In this document: positions 42,101 to 50,138 of the stretch, in pieces
Numbering within the stretch: the stretch's first letter is position 1
Layout of the letters: every line of letters starts with the position of its first letter
Assembly (NCBI GenBank): GCA_040285745.1
Contig: JAUFOR010000001.1
Coordinates: 1,240,001 to 1,304,000, forward strand
DNA length: 64,000 nucleotides
DNA from: Barthelona sp. PCE
Lineage: Eukaryota
Direction of reading: 5' to 3'
Made by a program: the position numbers and the translations under genes
The notes under the pieces: model-generated
What the model was told of the DNA's origin: nothing
The model's input: only the letters and a program-made list of their open reading frames with translations
Databases searched by the model: none

Positions 42101-42610
42101 ATCAAAGATAATAAATCTCTTGTTTGACGCAACAGCAAAACTCATTTGAGCTGAAGCAAAACAAAAAAATATTTCATCTGACTCATCTTTACCGTTAAGA
42201 CAGAAAGATCCACGTGGAATTCCCCCTGGTGTAAATGAGTATAGGTTTGTAGGCGCCACAACGACGATGGAATTGACCATACATAAAATACCCAAAGGCT
42301 CATCACCATTGTGGTCTTCAAACTCAAAACATACAGATGCAATGTTAAGTTGGTCGCAATCCAAGGCTGCAATACAATAAGAATAGTCAAAGGATCGAGC
42401 AAAATCCTTCTTCTTGATTAGACACCAGACGCGATCGTAAACTCGATCGTAGTCACATGAAATGAGCATGAAATGGTTGGTGTCAAAGATCCTTTCAATG
42501 GATACGGATACCCATCGCTCTAAACTTTTTGGCATTCGCAGCTGATCAGTTGAGCGACTCATAGCTGTGAGGTTCACGTTAGGCGTAGCCAGCAACGTGT
42601 TCATTGACAT
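39101..42610 (-). CDS. PAN2: PAN2 poly(A) deadenylase (propeller, inactive UCH, DEDDh exonuclease)
   Basis: VAFDAEFVAL, RVTLLRG, DHLTRYSGLRKGDL, IFVGHGL..D, IDT, RLSLRKL and IQSETHDSYVDA. Confidence 0.95.
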   Translation of the reverse strand: MSMNTLLATPNVNLTAMSRSTDQLRMPKSLERWVSVSIERIFDTNHFMLISCDYDRVYDRVWCLIKKKDFARSFDYSYCIAALDCDQLNIASVCFEFEDHNGDEPLGILCMVNSIVVVAPTNLYSFTPGGIPRGSFCLNGKDESDEIFFCFASAQMSFAVASNKRFIIFDQLSNVIRMVWFHLYFNNRNTLANSVTIDHRDDVTICFFSQESNDDNKGFLVISKGEGDHQHLLMKDVIRICIAHSVVFITKLNTSHVEIYSYESLRHLWSHNLTTQQTPFMCATQHGVYIVQSTVEFVALGIRKHHRKELFVCDSMSLECCCASATSDRIILCSKKELTLLLSKKCPVASQYVHSHQDVCELETGVTHIITPSKLKLIHGGSSVMSSRTLPLFNTYSMAFTEKPFSKEKMSFSTMVRPLTPVRNVNHFSFCKDISPIKSTNADRALLPECIAYHDLHLNVPNRRFTDSPKYPNDLSIVCLENGLLNCRTFNAFLQIMFHNVTIRNILTKYYSPSETSLVTELCLLFRQLSTADVNRFTASNFLRVVRNKYVQCDKVGPFLDTPEIQSNEKLDSRVRICIPHLIKSLHAEVLEFEDKFKVRSETTHSEFLGACGMLQQRTTSCLSCQHETKRSRVITAQRIPQVKSGELLGGQMVSTVMHELTRDERSLIFCNRCNCSRQSLLSIRNIKLGSSIFFHFDEPPSLRDLPLYLFVSPFKCSLNPMDGTVRYILSSIVLLVNADDDLDNCVALVRVSAESLQNVVQQRGDRYQSVGQNFLLDDGSAWIVFNDSHIIPVIFDDFVKDFGVFCKPLACFYTHEHFFREAPMETPKFSDFMFLKTPPSLSKFSVFGSRSVDIEQGQAQEAGSSARLLGKSISIRKVGFRKRGMKLKILPSSNNFFKSPLSLFNELTPAECPRKGDIVAFDAEFVALSLEVAFLDKSGQRKISQPFDFFPGRVTLLRGLKPSDDVFVVDDEERSGLSTWGCGDPFFDCCIAVDEPVKDHLTRYSGLRKGDLSRTSSSYHLVTLRSVIFLMKTLVDIGVIFVGHGLDQDWRTLNLLIPSDQQIDTSLLYKRKRGSSRLSLRKLTKMVFDIEIQSETHDSYVDALYALKLYLFHQNLIQKGKAVREEFLTLLYSYPNAEHVDEFLNEYDLLQVRNDIRESKNESLTIPQ

Positions 42611-43155
42611 TCAAAAACTAGTTATTTCAGTTTGACATAGTGTGTGGAGATATAAAGGATGAAACAATGTTTATCTTCTTTTATGGATTCTCCAGATCGC
42701 TTATATACGCATAAAGTACCACATGTCCACATAAATAAGTGAATAATAATCACAAAAATTAAATTTGAGAATTTAAGATTGAATAAGAGTGTTAAAATAA
42801 AAAACACAGAATAAATATGGATAACTTCCTGATTTAGCATCATTTAGCATGTTAGATAAGGTACAAAAATTACTTCATTAGGTTTCGAAAATGGAACAGC
42901 CTTTTTCAGGCTTTTAGTGGATTGAATCGATTCTCATCATGAATCAAAAAGTGAAAAGCAAGCCTGACTAACTCTTAAAACGTCTGTATGCTGTTTTTGT
43001 CTATTTCGCTCAAACAAAGTGTAATACCTATTCAGTGTGTCTTTGCTTCCCCCTTTATAATGAAAGCTAGTATCGCACATATCTGATTAAGCAAAACAAG
43101 CGAATACGTCTTGTTTTTTATTTTCTTTCTTCTTTCTTTGAATTTTTTAACTTAA

Positions 43156-44349
43156 ATGAGATCAGTAACGTTGATCTTCTATCTATTACTCACATCTTTC
43201 ATCTTTTCGATGGGAGCTGAGAACAGAGCTGAGAACTGCCGTATGGTTTGTAAGGAGGACTATATGTGTTTTGCCGACTGCTTAATCCCTGATGAGGTTG
43301 AGAATGACTTCCCTGACCTTGTTATTCCCCCTAGTGCTGCCAACGCCGCTTCGAACGGTGGTGGTGTAATTATTAACTATGATACATGCAGGAAGCTTTG
43401 TGGTCGCAGTGGTGTATCCTCTGGACAATGTGTAAGCGTATGTAAGTGGCCTGATGCTCTTGCTAAGGCTACACTCAAGGCAAATGCTATTTGTCGCAGC
43501 CGTGGTGTAGGAACCGGAGCAACGTGTTTTAACTGGCTACTCCGCGCCAATGATGCTGCTAACGCCCGCCCCGCTGCAGCTATGAACGGTCTCTTTTCCT
43601 CAAAGAAGCATTCTACAAAGAAAACTGTTACCGTTGAAGGTTCTAAACAAACCACAACTGTTGCCGAGACAATCGATCTTCCTGGTATGGGTGATTTCAT
43701 CCAGAACCCCTCTCCTGGCTGCAAATGTTCTGATGGTGAGTATACTGATGGTGCTCACTTTAAATTTGGATCATTGGTCGATAAACTACCAATTCAAGTT
43801 GGTGGTCGTCTCTGTGCTCGTTGTGGTATTTTCCAACCCGAAATTGATCCAAAAACTGGTCGTTTCAGAGGTTTGCCACCTACTCCTCTTTACTTCAATG
43901 CTGCATTCTCTGTTAGTGGTAGTGGTGGTAAGACTTATTCAAAGCGTCCCAGTGAGAAAGGTTCGCTTCAGATTGTTGCTAAGAACAAGGTCCTTCAACG
44001 TGTTAAAGACGGTGATAAAGTTGGTTTCTTTGGTGCAGATGGTTCTTTCCGTCGTGTTGAAGCTGGTGTTATTCAAAGTAAGGCTGATAAACCTAAGTCA
44101 CTCGATGGCTGGTACTCATATCTTGAAGCTTCTGAGCATCTTGCCAATAGCGCTTATATTGTTCGCGTAAAGAAGGCTTTCGGAGGTGGTGGTTCCGAAA
44201 TTAGAGATGGTGATAAGGTTGTTCTCTCTGATAAACCGGGTCGTAAGTGTATCCCAGAGCGTAAATTGGTGATGTACATTTCAGGTCGTCCAGTTTACAA
44301 GACAATTTGTGAAAAGGAACTTCCTCAGTTCACCGTTAAAATTTTGTAA
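43156..44349 (+). CDS. Secreted/surface Cys-rich protein, 397 aa
   Basis: Hydrophobic signal peptide MRSVTLIFYLLLTSFIFSMGA, CxxxC motifs, two (V/I)xDGDKV repeats, and strongly biased codons (ggt, gct, aag). Confidence 0.8.
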   Translation: MRSVTLIFYLLLTSFIFSMGAENRAENCRMVCKEDYMCFADCLIPDEVENDFPDLVIPPSAANAASNGGGVIINYDTCRKLCGRSGVSSGQCVSVCKWPDALAKATLKANAICRSRGVGTGATCFNWLLRANDAANARPAAAMNGLFSSKKHSTKKTVTVEGSKQTTTVAETIDLPGMGDFIQNPSPGCKCSDGEYTDGAHFKFGSLVDKLPIQVGGRLCARCGIFQPEIDPKTGRFRGLPPTPLYFNAAFSVSGSGGKTYSKRPSEKGSLQIVAKNKVLQRVKDGDKVGFFGADGSFRRVEAGVIQSKADKPKSLDGWYSYLEASEHLANSAYIVRVKKAFGGGGSEIRDGDKVVLSDKPGRKCIPERKLVMYISGRPVYKTICEKELPQFTVKIL

Positions 44350-44573
44350 TCAGTAAATTGTTTGATTCTAGCTACATGAGAGTTTTGCTTCACTAAATGA
44401 TCTCGTATACTATTTCCCAGATCTCTTTACTCTACAAAATAGCTGAAAACTTGAAAAACTATTGTTTGATACATTCAAGTCATTGATTCACCATAGTTCC
44501 TTCCCTTATTGTAGCGGTAGTAAAGCCTGAAACTTTGATGATTTACAGAGATCTAAGTTTGGGTATGGTGCCA

Positions 44574-44751
44574 GGTCACTGGGGTTGGTGTGCGGAAGTC
44601 CACAAATCCGACCCTCGATACTAATAAATAGGTATAAAATATACAAAAGAAAATAGGTAACCTTGATATAAGTTAACTAAGTGAATTCCACCCTGCTTCG
44701 TGTTCCATTCTCTAATTGTTCATCAATCTGGGATCTTGAGGATCGGTTGCA
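44574..44751. repeat. Direct repeat, copy A (178 bp)
   Basis: Ungapped match to 49961..50138, with 11 mismatches by my count (~94%). Confidence 0.95.
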
Positions 44752-44880
44752 CTACCAGTGAAGTACATGCTTCGATTGTAATTTTAGCAATAATGTTAAT
44801 GTTACACATTATTTTACGCCCAATGTGGACAATTTAGTTACATTTACACATATTTAACAGCTACAAAATCTACCATCAGT

Positions 44881-47800
44881 CTATTGGAACTGCTGCATGC
44901 GTTCCTTCACCTGCTCGAGGGTGACATTTTGTACCGGGGCAACGTTGCACTGACCGTAGTGTCCGCAGTTAGGCGAGAGGCACGAGAAGCAGAACTCGCG
45001 AGCGCACGTGAAGCACTTCATGCTCTTGCACGCTCCACCGTGCTCTATGGGTGTCAGGCAATTCGGACATACGCGCACAGACGGCACACCTGGAATGTTG
45101 TTAAACTCAATAGTTATCAAGGTTGCGTTATGCAAACGGTTGTTGAGCTTGTCTACGTCGTCCTGCGTCCATTGCGAGAGGCGCTGCATGATAAAGAGCT
45201 TGAACTCGTTTGGGAGGATGCCGCGGATGGCGAGAGGGATTCCTTCGCGCAAGCGCAAAACGCTGTTCGGGAGCCTCAACGTTTGATCGCAAAGGGCGAC
45301 AGACGGCAGCATGGTGTCGACGGGTTGTAGAATGACGGTGAACAAGTTCAGTTCGGGCGAGTCGTTGAGCCAGTACACGAACTGCAGCAAATCAAGAGAG
45401 TTGAATCCCTGTAATATTTCTGCTACTGCGTCGCGTATGTTGGTGGGTACACTATCGTCGAATACCAGGGTAGCAAGCACCTGCTCGGTGGTGAAACGAG
45501 GGGGGCCGCACATCATCGCCTTGACTTCAGCGAACGTGAGTTTGACTCCCAGCTGCGATGTCAGCTCATGCGAGTTAAATGCTGCGTTAACCTTCTCCGA
45601 CAGCTCCACATATGGTTCGGATGCGAATTCACGGGCGAACTGCAGGAATTCATCAATGTTATCAGCTGTAACCAACTTGTCCTCACCTCCCAAGAAGTTG
45701 AAGTTCAGGCCGTCGTGCTTCAGCATATTGATGATGTACGCCGACTCGGTCGGGAACACCCTGTAGAAGACTTTTCTATCAGAAAGCTTGTCATAATCTT
45801 CACTGAGCGCATTCAGCAAAAACTGGCCAACCTGAATGTCGTCAACAGGTGTCTGGAACACGAAACAGCAGTACAGGAACCCACACATCGCCTCGATGTG
45901 CTCTTCGGAAGCCGTGGTATCGATGCGGGGCAATGCTCGAAGCTCGAAGATGTGGTCCACGAACTGTGGAATTGAGAGCTGCTCCATACCGTTCAATGTA
46001 ATGGAAGCACCGAAATGTCCATCACCACTCATAAACACGCCAGTATTACTGAACACCCGCACGAAGAATTCATCAAATGTCTGTTCCATCTGAACAAATT
46101 TCGCTGTTCTTTCTGCCACCTCAGTATCACACAATAGCATTTGTTTGCTGACAATAAACTGGTTAATCTGCTGACGGATGAGCTCTAGGCTATCTGAATT
46201 CATAGTATGCTGCCACTCATAGCAGCTCAATTCGTAGATAGTTGGTCTAACACTCATATTATAGGCTTGGCATCGTTCGATGATTACAGAGTGTGCACAG
46301 TTATTTGGCAAAACAAGTTTAGAAGCGTTTGATCTATCTTGAGCATAAATGCATGCGATAGCTCTTCCCAATGATTCAATGGTCTTGGAAACTTTATGTG
46401 TCTTTTGGACATTGCTGCGTGACACCATAGCCGCACCCAAAATGTGTGAACCATCAATACTTATTCCAAAATCACATAATTTGACCCTGGGGTTGGAACC
46501 ATCTTCACTGCAATAAATAAGAACATTCCGAGGTCTGAGATTACGCAATATGATACCGTTAGCGTGCATCGAGAACACAGCCTTGACAAGCTGGTGAGCC
46601 AAATCATTTTTGGTTGCTAATTCTAGAGGGAATGCGCTCAGATACTGTTCAAGATCGTATGATGCGCGCTCGAGCTCTATACACACGAACTTAACAGAGA
46701 TACGGCCTCTTCGCATCTCTGGAACCAGCACAATATTCTTTAGTGCAACAACAAAAGGTTGAAACTTTGATAAAACACGTAATTCCGTTTGTAAAGATTT
46801 AAGATTTTGGTTAAGATCACCTCTAAACTTTTTGGACACACAAACACACTTAATTAGCAGATCATCTCCCTCTATATCATTCTGCAAATCTGCATCAGCA
46901 AGCTCACCGTTCAAATAACTGTCAGAATCGATGATTTTTGGGGTTATTGGTAGTCTGAAGCCAGAGAGATTCAGCTCTTTTAGAGTGGTTGTCAGATCAA
47001 GTGCAAGGGAAAACTTAGCAATGATATCCTTCAACTGTTCAGCACTGTAATCAATAACTTCAAGAAGATGCTTCTTTTCCTGCTTAAAGTGTACGCATGT
47101 GCACGCTGTCGTGTCCGAACGATGACGCCCCAATTGCTTGTGCAGAAAATAGATTAAGTTAAAATCCAGCAGATCAGTTGTGTCTTCATCTTTCGACAGA
47201 GCTTCCCTGAATTCCGTAGCGCGTTGTGTGATCTCTCCAACTTGTTGAACGATGCCGTCCAAAGCCTTACTCTTGTCGCTGAAATGTATGAGCGCTGAGT
47301 GCACCTCAACCAAGTGAAGCTTGTCATACTTATCGAAAACCTTGAAGTAAACATCCAAACTCTGCAGTTCTGTAAGTTTAGCAGCGTAGGAATGCTCGTT
47401 CAAAAACTTAGCAATGGGAAACTGTGCTACCAAATCCGAAAACTTGGAGCTGAAAGTGATGGATAAGGTATCTTCTAACTCAAAATCTAAAATGATGTTT
47501 TTCAGTGAATTAATGAAGTTAATAGCCTGCTCTAGTTCATTCATATGCTGTTCCAACGTATTCACATTGGAGTTAGAAGATATTAAATCAAAAAATGAGT
47601 CAGGTGGCATCTCAAGCTGACGAACGGCGGCAGCACAGTCGTTAACATGCTCCGTCAGCGCACTGTACTCACTGTTACCCGAATTAGGCGTCAGTTGATT
47701 CAATGTATCGAAAACAACCTGTAATTTTGTATCCATCTCCGATTTTTGGTCTTCCATATCCTTCTTCTGCTTCTGCAACTTCATTTCTATCTCTGACTTC

Positions 47801-49293
47801 TGACTCTCAAAATTCATCTGCATCTCAGATTTTTGGTCTTCCATATCCTTCTTCTGCTTCTGCAATTTCATTTCTATTTCTGACTTCTGACTCTCAAAAT
47901 TCATCTGCATTTCAGATTTTTGGTCTTCCATATCCTTCTTCTGCTTCTGCAACTTCATTTCTATCTCTGACTTCTGACTCTCAAAATTCATCTGCATTTC
48001 AGATTTTTGGTCTTCCATATCCTTCTTCTGCTTCTGCAACTTCATTTCTATCTCTGACTTCTGCCTTTCAAACTTTGTGTCCAATTCCAACTTCTGTTCA
48101 CTGATTCTGGAATACAATTCACTAATATCTATAGCGTTACCATAGTTGTTTGTATCACTGTTGCACTTCAAAATACGGCCAAACCCATCATCTTTGGTCC
48201 ACTCAACAAGCATAAACGTGCCATCATCCAATTCAACATGGAACACTGAGTCAGCATCTTTTGTGACATTGACAATAACTCCGTTGTGAGGGTCATGTTT
48301 CTTAGTTATGCAGTTCTCCTTATATATGTAAGCAATTCTCGATGAAAAAAAACAAAGACAGCCATTTTCAACCTTTTTGATAAAGTAGTTTTCTTCACAA
48401 GCAATGACTGATCCACAACAAAAGAACGAGCCAAGTGGAGTATTAGCCTTAATTAAATAATCTTCAACAATATCATACGAAACAGTTGGTCCTGTGCAAT
48501 GCGATGGAACGGTGGCAACTATTTTGCCTTGAACATTATAAATATCCGCCTTTCGAGAACTTCTAATAATTGTGAAGTGCTCTTCATCTGGTGAAATGTA
48601 CACTGCTTCAATTCCGTTTCTGCTATTTTCCCACCACACCGCAGCTAATGTTGATCGGTTATACACCATTGTCTTACCTCCTGACTCACTAGACATCAGA
48701 TAATTCGATGAAATGTCTGCTGAAATTGGATCTATTTGACAGGTATTATTTCTCTTTGCTAAAATATTATTTCCACAATCTGTTAAATAGAGCGTGAATC
48801 CAGTCCAACCTAAAAAAAACATTTCTCCATCACTCTGCTCAACAGCAAAATGACCATAAAACTTCATGGCTGCCTCGCTTGAACCATGAATAAACTTGTG
48901 CACATGGTTAACACTATCTTGAACAAAGATAGCCTCAGAATTGACCCAGCTATTGCTTCCTTTTGTAAAAGTAACATTCGAGATTAAACTTTGCGAGCTT
49001 ATGCAATGTACATGGTAGTCATCACCGTCCTTAAATGCCAGAAATTGTCCGTCAAAACTCAAACAACCATTCTGAACCTCTGAATTGGTAGGTACGGCGT
49101 AAATTTCATCCAATGACGGAATACTGAACACGCGGATGTGACTGGTGTGCACCGTGGCCAACACTCGCTCATCCTTAGATGTCAAAGATACACCGGTGTA
49201 AGGTTCATCAGATAATATCACATCTACGATCTGTTTTTCATCAACCCACTTCACATAAGCACGCCCATCTTCTGTTTTAAGTGCTTTTACCAT
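44881..49293 (-). CDS. Multidomain protein: beta-propeller, coiled-coil repeats, pseudokinase, HECT, RBR RING2/Rcat (1470 aa)
   Basis: WD-like N-terminus (LSFDGQFLAF, ISPDEEHF). Kinase LVKAVFSMHANGIILRNLRPRNVLI and VKLCDFGIS. HECT VTADNIDEF, EVKAMMCGP and LPSVALCDQTLRLP. Rcat CPNCLTPIEHGGACKSMKCFTCAREFCFSCL. Confidence 0.88.
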   Translation of the reverse strand: MVKALKTEDGRAYVKWVDEKQIVDVILSDEPYTGVSLTSKDERVLATVHTSHIRVFSIPSLDEIYAVPTNSEVQNGCLSFDGQFLAFKDGDDYHVHCISSQSLISNVTFTKGSNSWVNSEAIFVQDSVNHVHKFIHGSSEAAMKFYGHFAVEQSDGEMFFLGWTGFTLYLTDCGNNILAKRNNTCQIDPISADISSNYLMSSESGGKTMVYNRSTLAAVWWENSRNGIEAVYISPDEEHFTIIRSSRKADIYNVQGKIVATVPSHCTGPTVSYDIVEDYLIKANTPLGSFFCCGSVIACEENYFIKKVENGCLCFFSSRIAYIYKENCITKKHDPHNGVIVNVTKDADSVFHVELDDGTFMLVEWTKDDGFGRILKCNSDTNNYGNAIDISELYSRISEQKLELDTKFERQKSEIEMKLQKQKKDMEDQKSEMQMNFESQKSEIEMKLQKQKKDMEDQKSEMQMNFESQKSEIEMKLQKQKKDMEDQKSEMQMNFESQKSEIEMKLQKQKKDMEDQKSEMDTKLQVVFDTLNQLTPNSGNSEYSALTEHVNDCAAAVRQLEMPPDSFFDLISSNSNVNTLEQHMNELEQAINFINSLKNIILDFELEDTLSITFSSKFSDLVAQFPIAKFLNEHSYAAKLTELQSLDVYFKVFDKYDKLHLVEVHSALIHFSDKSKALDGIVQQVGEITQRATEFREALSKDEDTTDLLDFNLIYFLHKQLGRHRSDTTACTCVHFKQEKKHLLEVIDYSAEQLKDIIAKFSLALDLTTTLKELNLSGFRLPITPKIIDSDSYLNGELADADLQNDIEGDDLLIKCVCVSKKFRGDLNQNLKSLQTELRVLSKFQPFVVALKNIVLVPEMRRGRISVKFVCIELERASYDLEQYLSAFPLELATKNDLAHQLVKAVFSMHANGIILRNLRPRNVLIYCSEDGSNPRVKLCDFGISIDGSHILGAAMVSRSNVQKTHKVSKTIESLGRAIACIYAQDRSNASKLVLPNNCAHSVIIERCQAYNMSVRPTIYELSCYEWQHTMNSDSLELIRQQINQFIVSKQMLLCDTEVAERTAKFVQMEQTFDEFFVRVFSNTGVFMSGDGHFGASITLNGMEQLSIPQFVDHIFELRALPRIDTTASEEHIEAMCGFLYCCFVFQTPVDDIQVGQFLLNALSEDYDKLSDRKVFYRVFPTESAYIINMLKHDGLNFNFLGGEDKLVTADNIDEFLQFAREFASEPYVELSEKVNAAFNSHELTSQLGVKLTFAEVKAMMCGPPRFTTEQVLATLVFDDSVPTNIRDAVAEILQGFNSLDLLQFVYWLNDSPELNLFTVILQPVDTMLPSVALCDQTLRLPNSVLRLREGIPLAIRGILPNEFKLFIMQRLSQWTQDDVDKLNNRLHNATLITIEFNNIPGVPSVRVCPNCLTPIEHGGACKSMKCFTCAREFCFSCLSPNCGHYGQCNVAPVQNVTLEQVKERMQQFQ
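47734..48062 (-). repeat. 87-bp coding tandem repeat (~3.7 copies; 29-aa unit QKSEIEMKLQKQKKDMEDQKSEMQMNFES)
   Basis: gatttttggtcttccatatcc recurs at 47741, 47828, 47915 and 48002. Confidence 0.95.
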
Positions 49294-49468
49294 GTCGGAT
49301 TAATTATAAATTGCCGGAAAAAGTATTGAGAATTTTTACAACTAAATAGGATGGTTTTCAAATATCCAACTAATCGGAGTATCAATGTGACAGAGCCGTT
49401 CACAGATGCCATCGTCATTGATATTCAGAATGCTATTCAATTTGAGATATAATTCATTTTAAGAATTA

Positions 49469-49720
49469 TCAATTGAAAGAAATTTCAACGCGATTGAACA
49501 CGTGGCTGACGGGTATGACATAATTTTCTTCCAGAGTCTCATCCATGTTAACGGGTAGTAAGGGAGAGTAAACAGATTCTTTACCGAGATCTGAGTTCGG
49601 ATATGGTGCCGCATACGGGCTACCTTCTTCAGAGTTTGGAAATCCATACATCTGAAAAATAGTTTTATTTCAATTACATTACTAAATAATACAATAAAAT
49701 AAATAGGAAACCTTAAAATG
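49469..49720 (-). pseudogene. Relic of a small intron-containing gene (diverged copy C of the repeated unit)
   Basis: YGFPNSEEGSPYAAPYPNSDLGKESVYSPLLP aligns with the minus-strand translation near 44515-44603 (CGLPHTNPSDLAPYPNLDLCKSSKFQALLP). It is preceded by aag|GTTTCCTATTT...TTTTTCAG (49711..49652), the same donor as in copy B. Confidence 0.55.
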
Positions 49721-49849
49721 GTGAGGTGACATACAGGCGCTAGCCTTCAGACTTTATACTTGAGGTAGTAAGCAGCGGAGGGGGACGAAGCGAACCGTCA
49801 TGTGTAGTAGGTGTCCGTAGAACCCGATACGGTTTTTCTTATCCTTTTC

Positions 49850-49950
49850 AAAAAAAAGGGGGTTTTAGGCCACTTCCCGGACGAAACACCCTCTACACGT
49901 GAAGGCGAGCCTTCCCACGTGAGCGTTCCCCGACGTCAATAAACCTACTT
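49850..49950 (-). other. GC-rich hairpin tract followed by T8 (possible structured RNA or element end)
   Basis: Hairpin cacgtg-aaggc-ga-gcctt-cc-cacgtg at 49896..49921. It can be extended on the minus strand by AACGCTC/GGGTGTT pairing with G-U pairs. The A8 at 49850..49857 reads T8 on the minus strand. Confidence 0.3.
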
Positions 49951-49960
49951 CAGTATAAGG

Positions 49961-50138
49961 GGTCACCGAGGTCGGTGTTCGGAAGTCCATAAATCCGACT
50001 CTCGATACTAATAAATAGGTATAAAATATACAAAAGAAAATAGGAAACCTTGATATAAGTGAACTAAGCAAATTCAACCCTGCTTCGTGTTCCATTCTCT
50101 AATTGTTCATCAATCTGGGATCTTGAGGATCGGTTGCA
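49961..50138. repeat. Direct repeat, copy B (178 bp)
   Basis: Matches 44574..44751 at an offset of 5387 bp. Contains a 41-nt GT..AG intron-like segment on the minus strand (50048..50008). Confidence 0.95.

Noticed and set aside
44884-46093. Several plus-strand ORFs of 85-151 aa opposite the HECT/Rcat region
   Set aside because: They are antisense shadows expected from the locally high GC and carry no recognisable motifs.
47734-48062. CRISPR-like array
   Set aside because: These are contiguous in-frame coding repeats with no unique spacers, in a eukaryotic gene.
49761-49770. TGAGGTAGTA, identical to the 5' end of let-7
   Set aside because: The match is only 10 nt with no precursor hairpin, and let-7 is animal-specific, so this is chance.
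49795-49840. GTGTAGTA (U2 snRNA branch-pairing sequence) in the GC-rich tract
   Set aside because: It lacks the flanking GCUAAGAUCA and UCUGUU and a convincing Sm site. An 8-mer match alone is insufficient.
49875-49892. GGACGAAAC resembling the 3' half of a hammerhead ribozyme core
   Set aside because: No CUGANGA is positioned before the complementary GUCC strand.
44574-50138. LTR retrotransposon interpretation of the direct repeats
   Set aside because: There is no gag, RT or integrase, no TG..CA pair of ends, and no evident PBS, PPT or target-site duplication.
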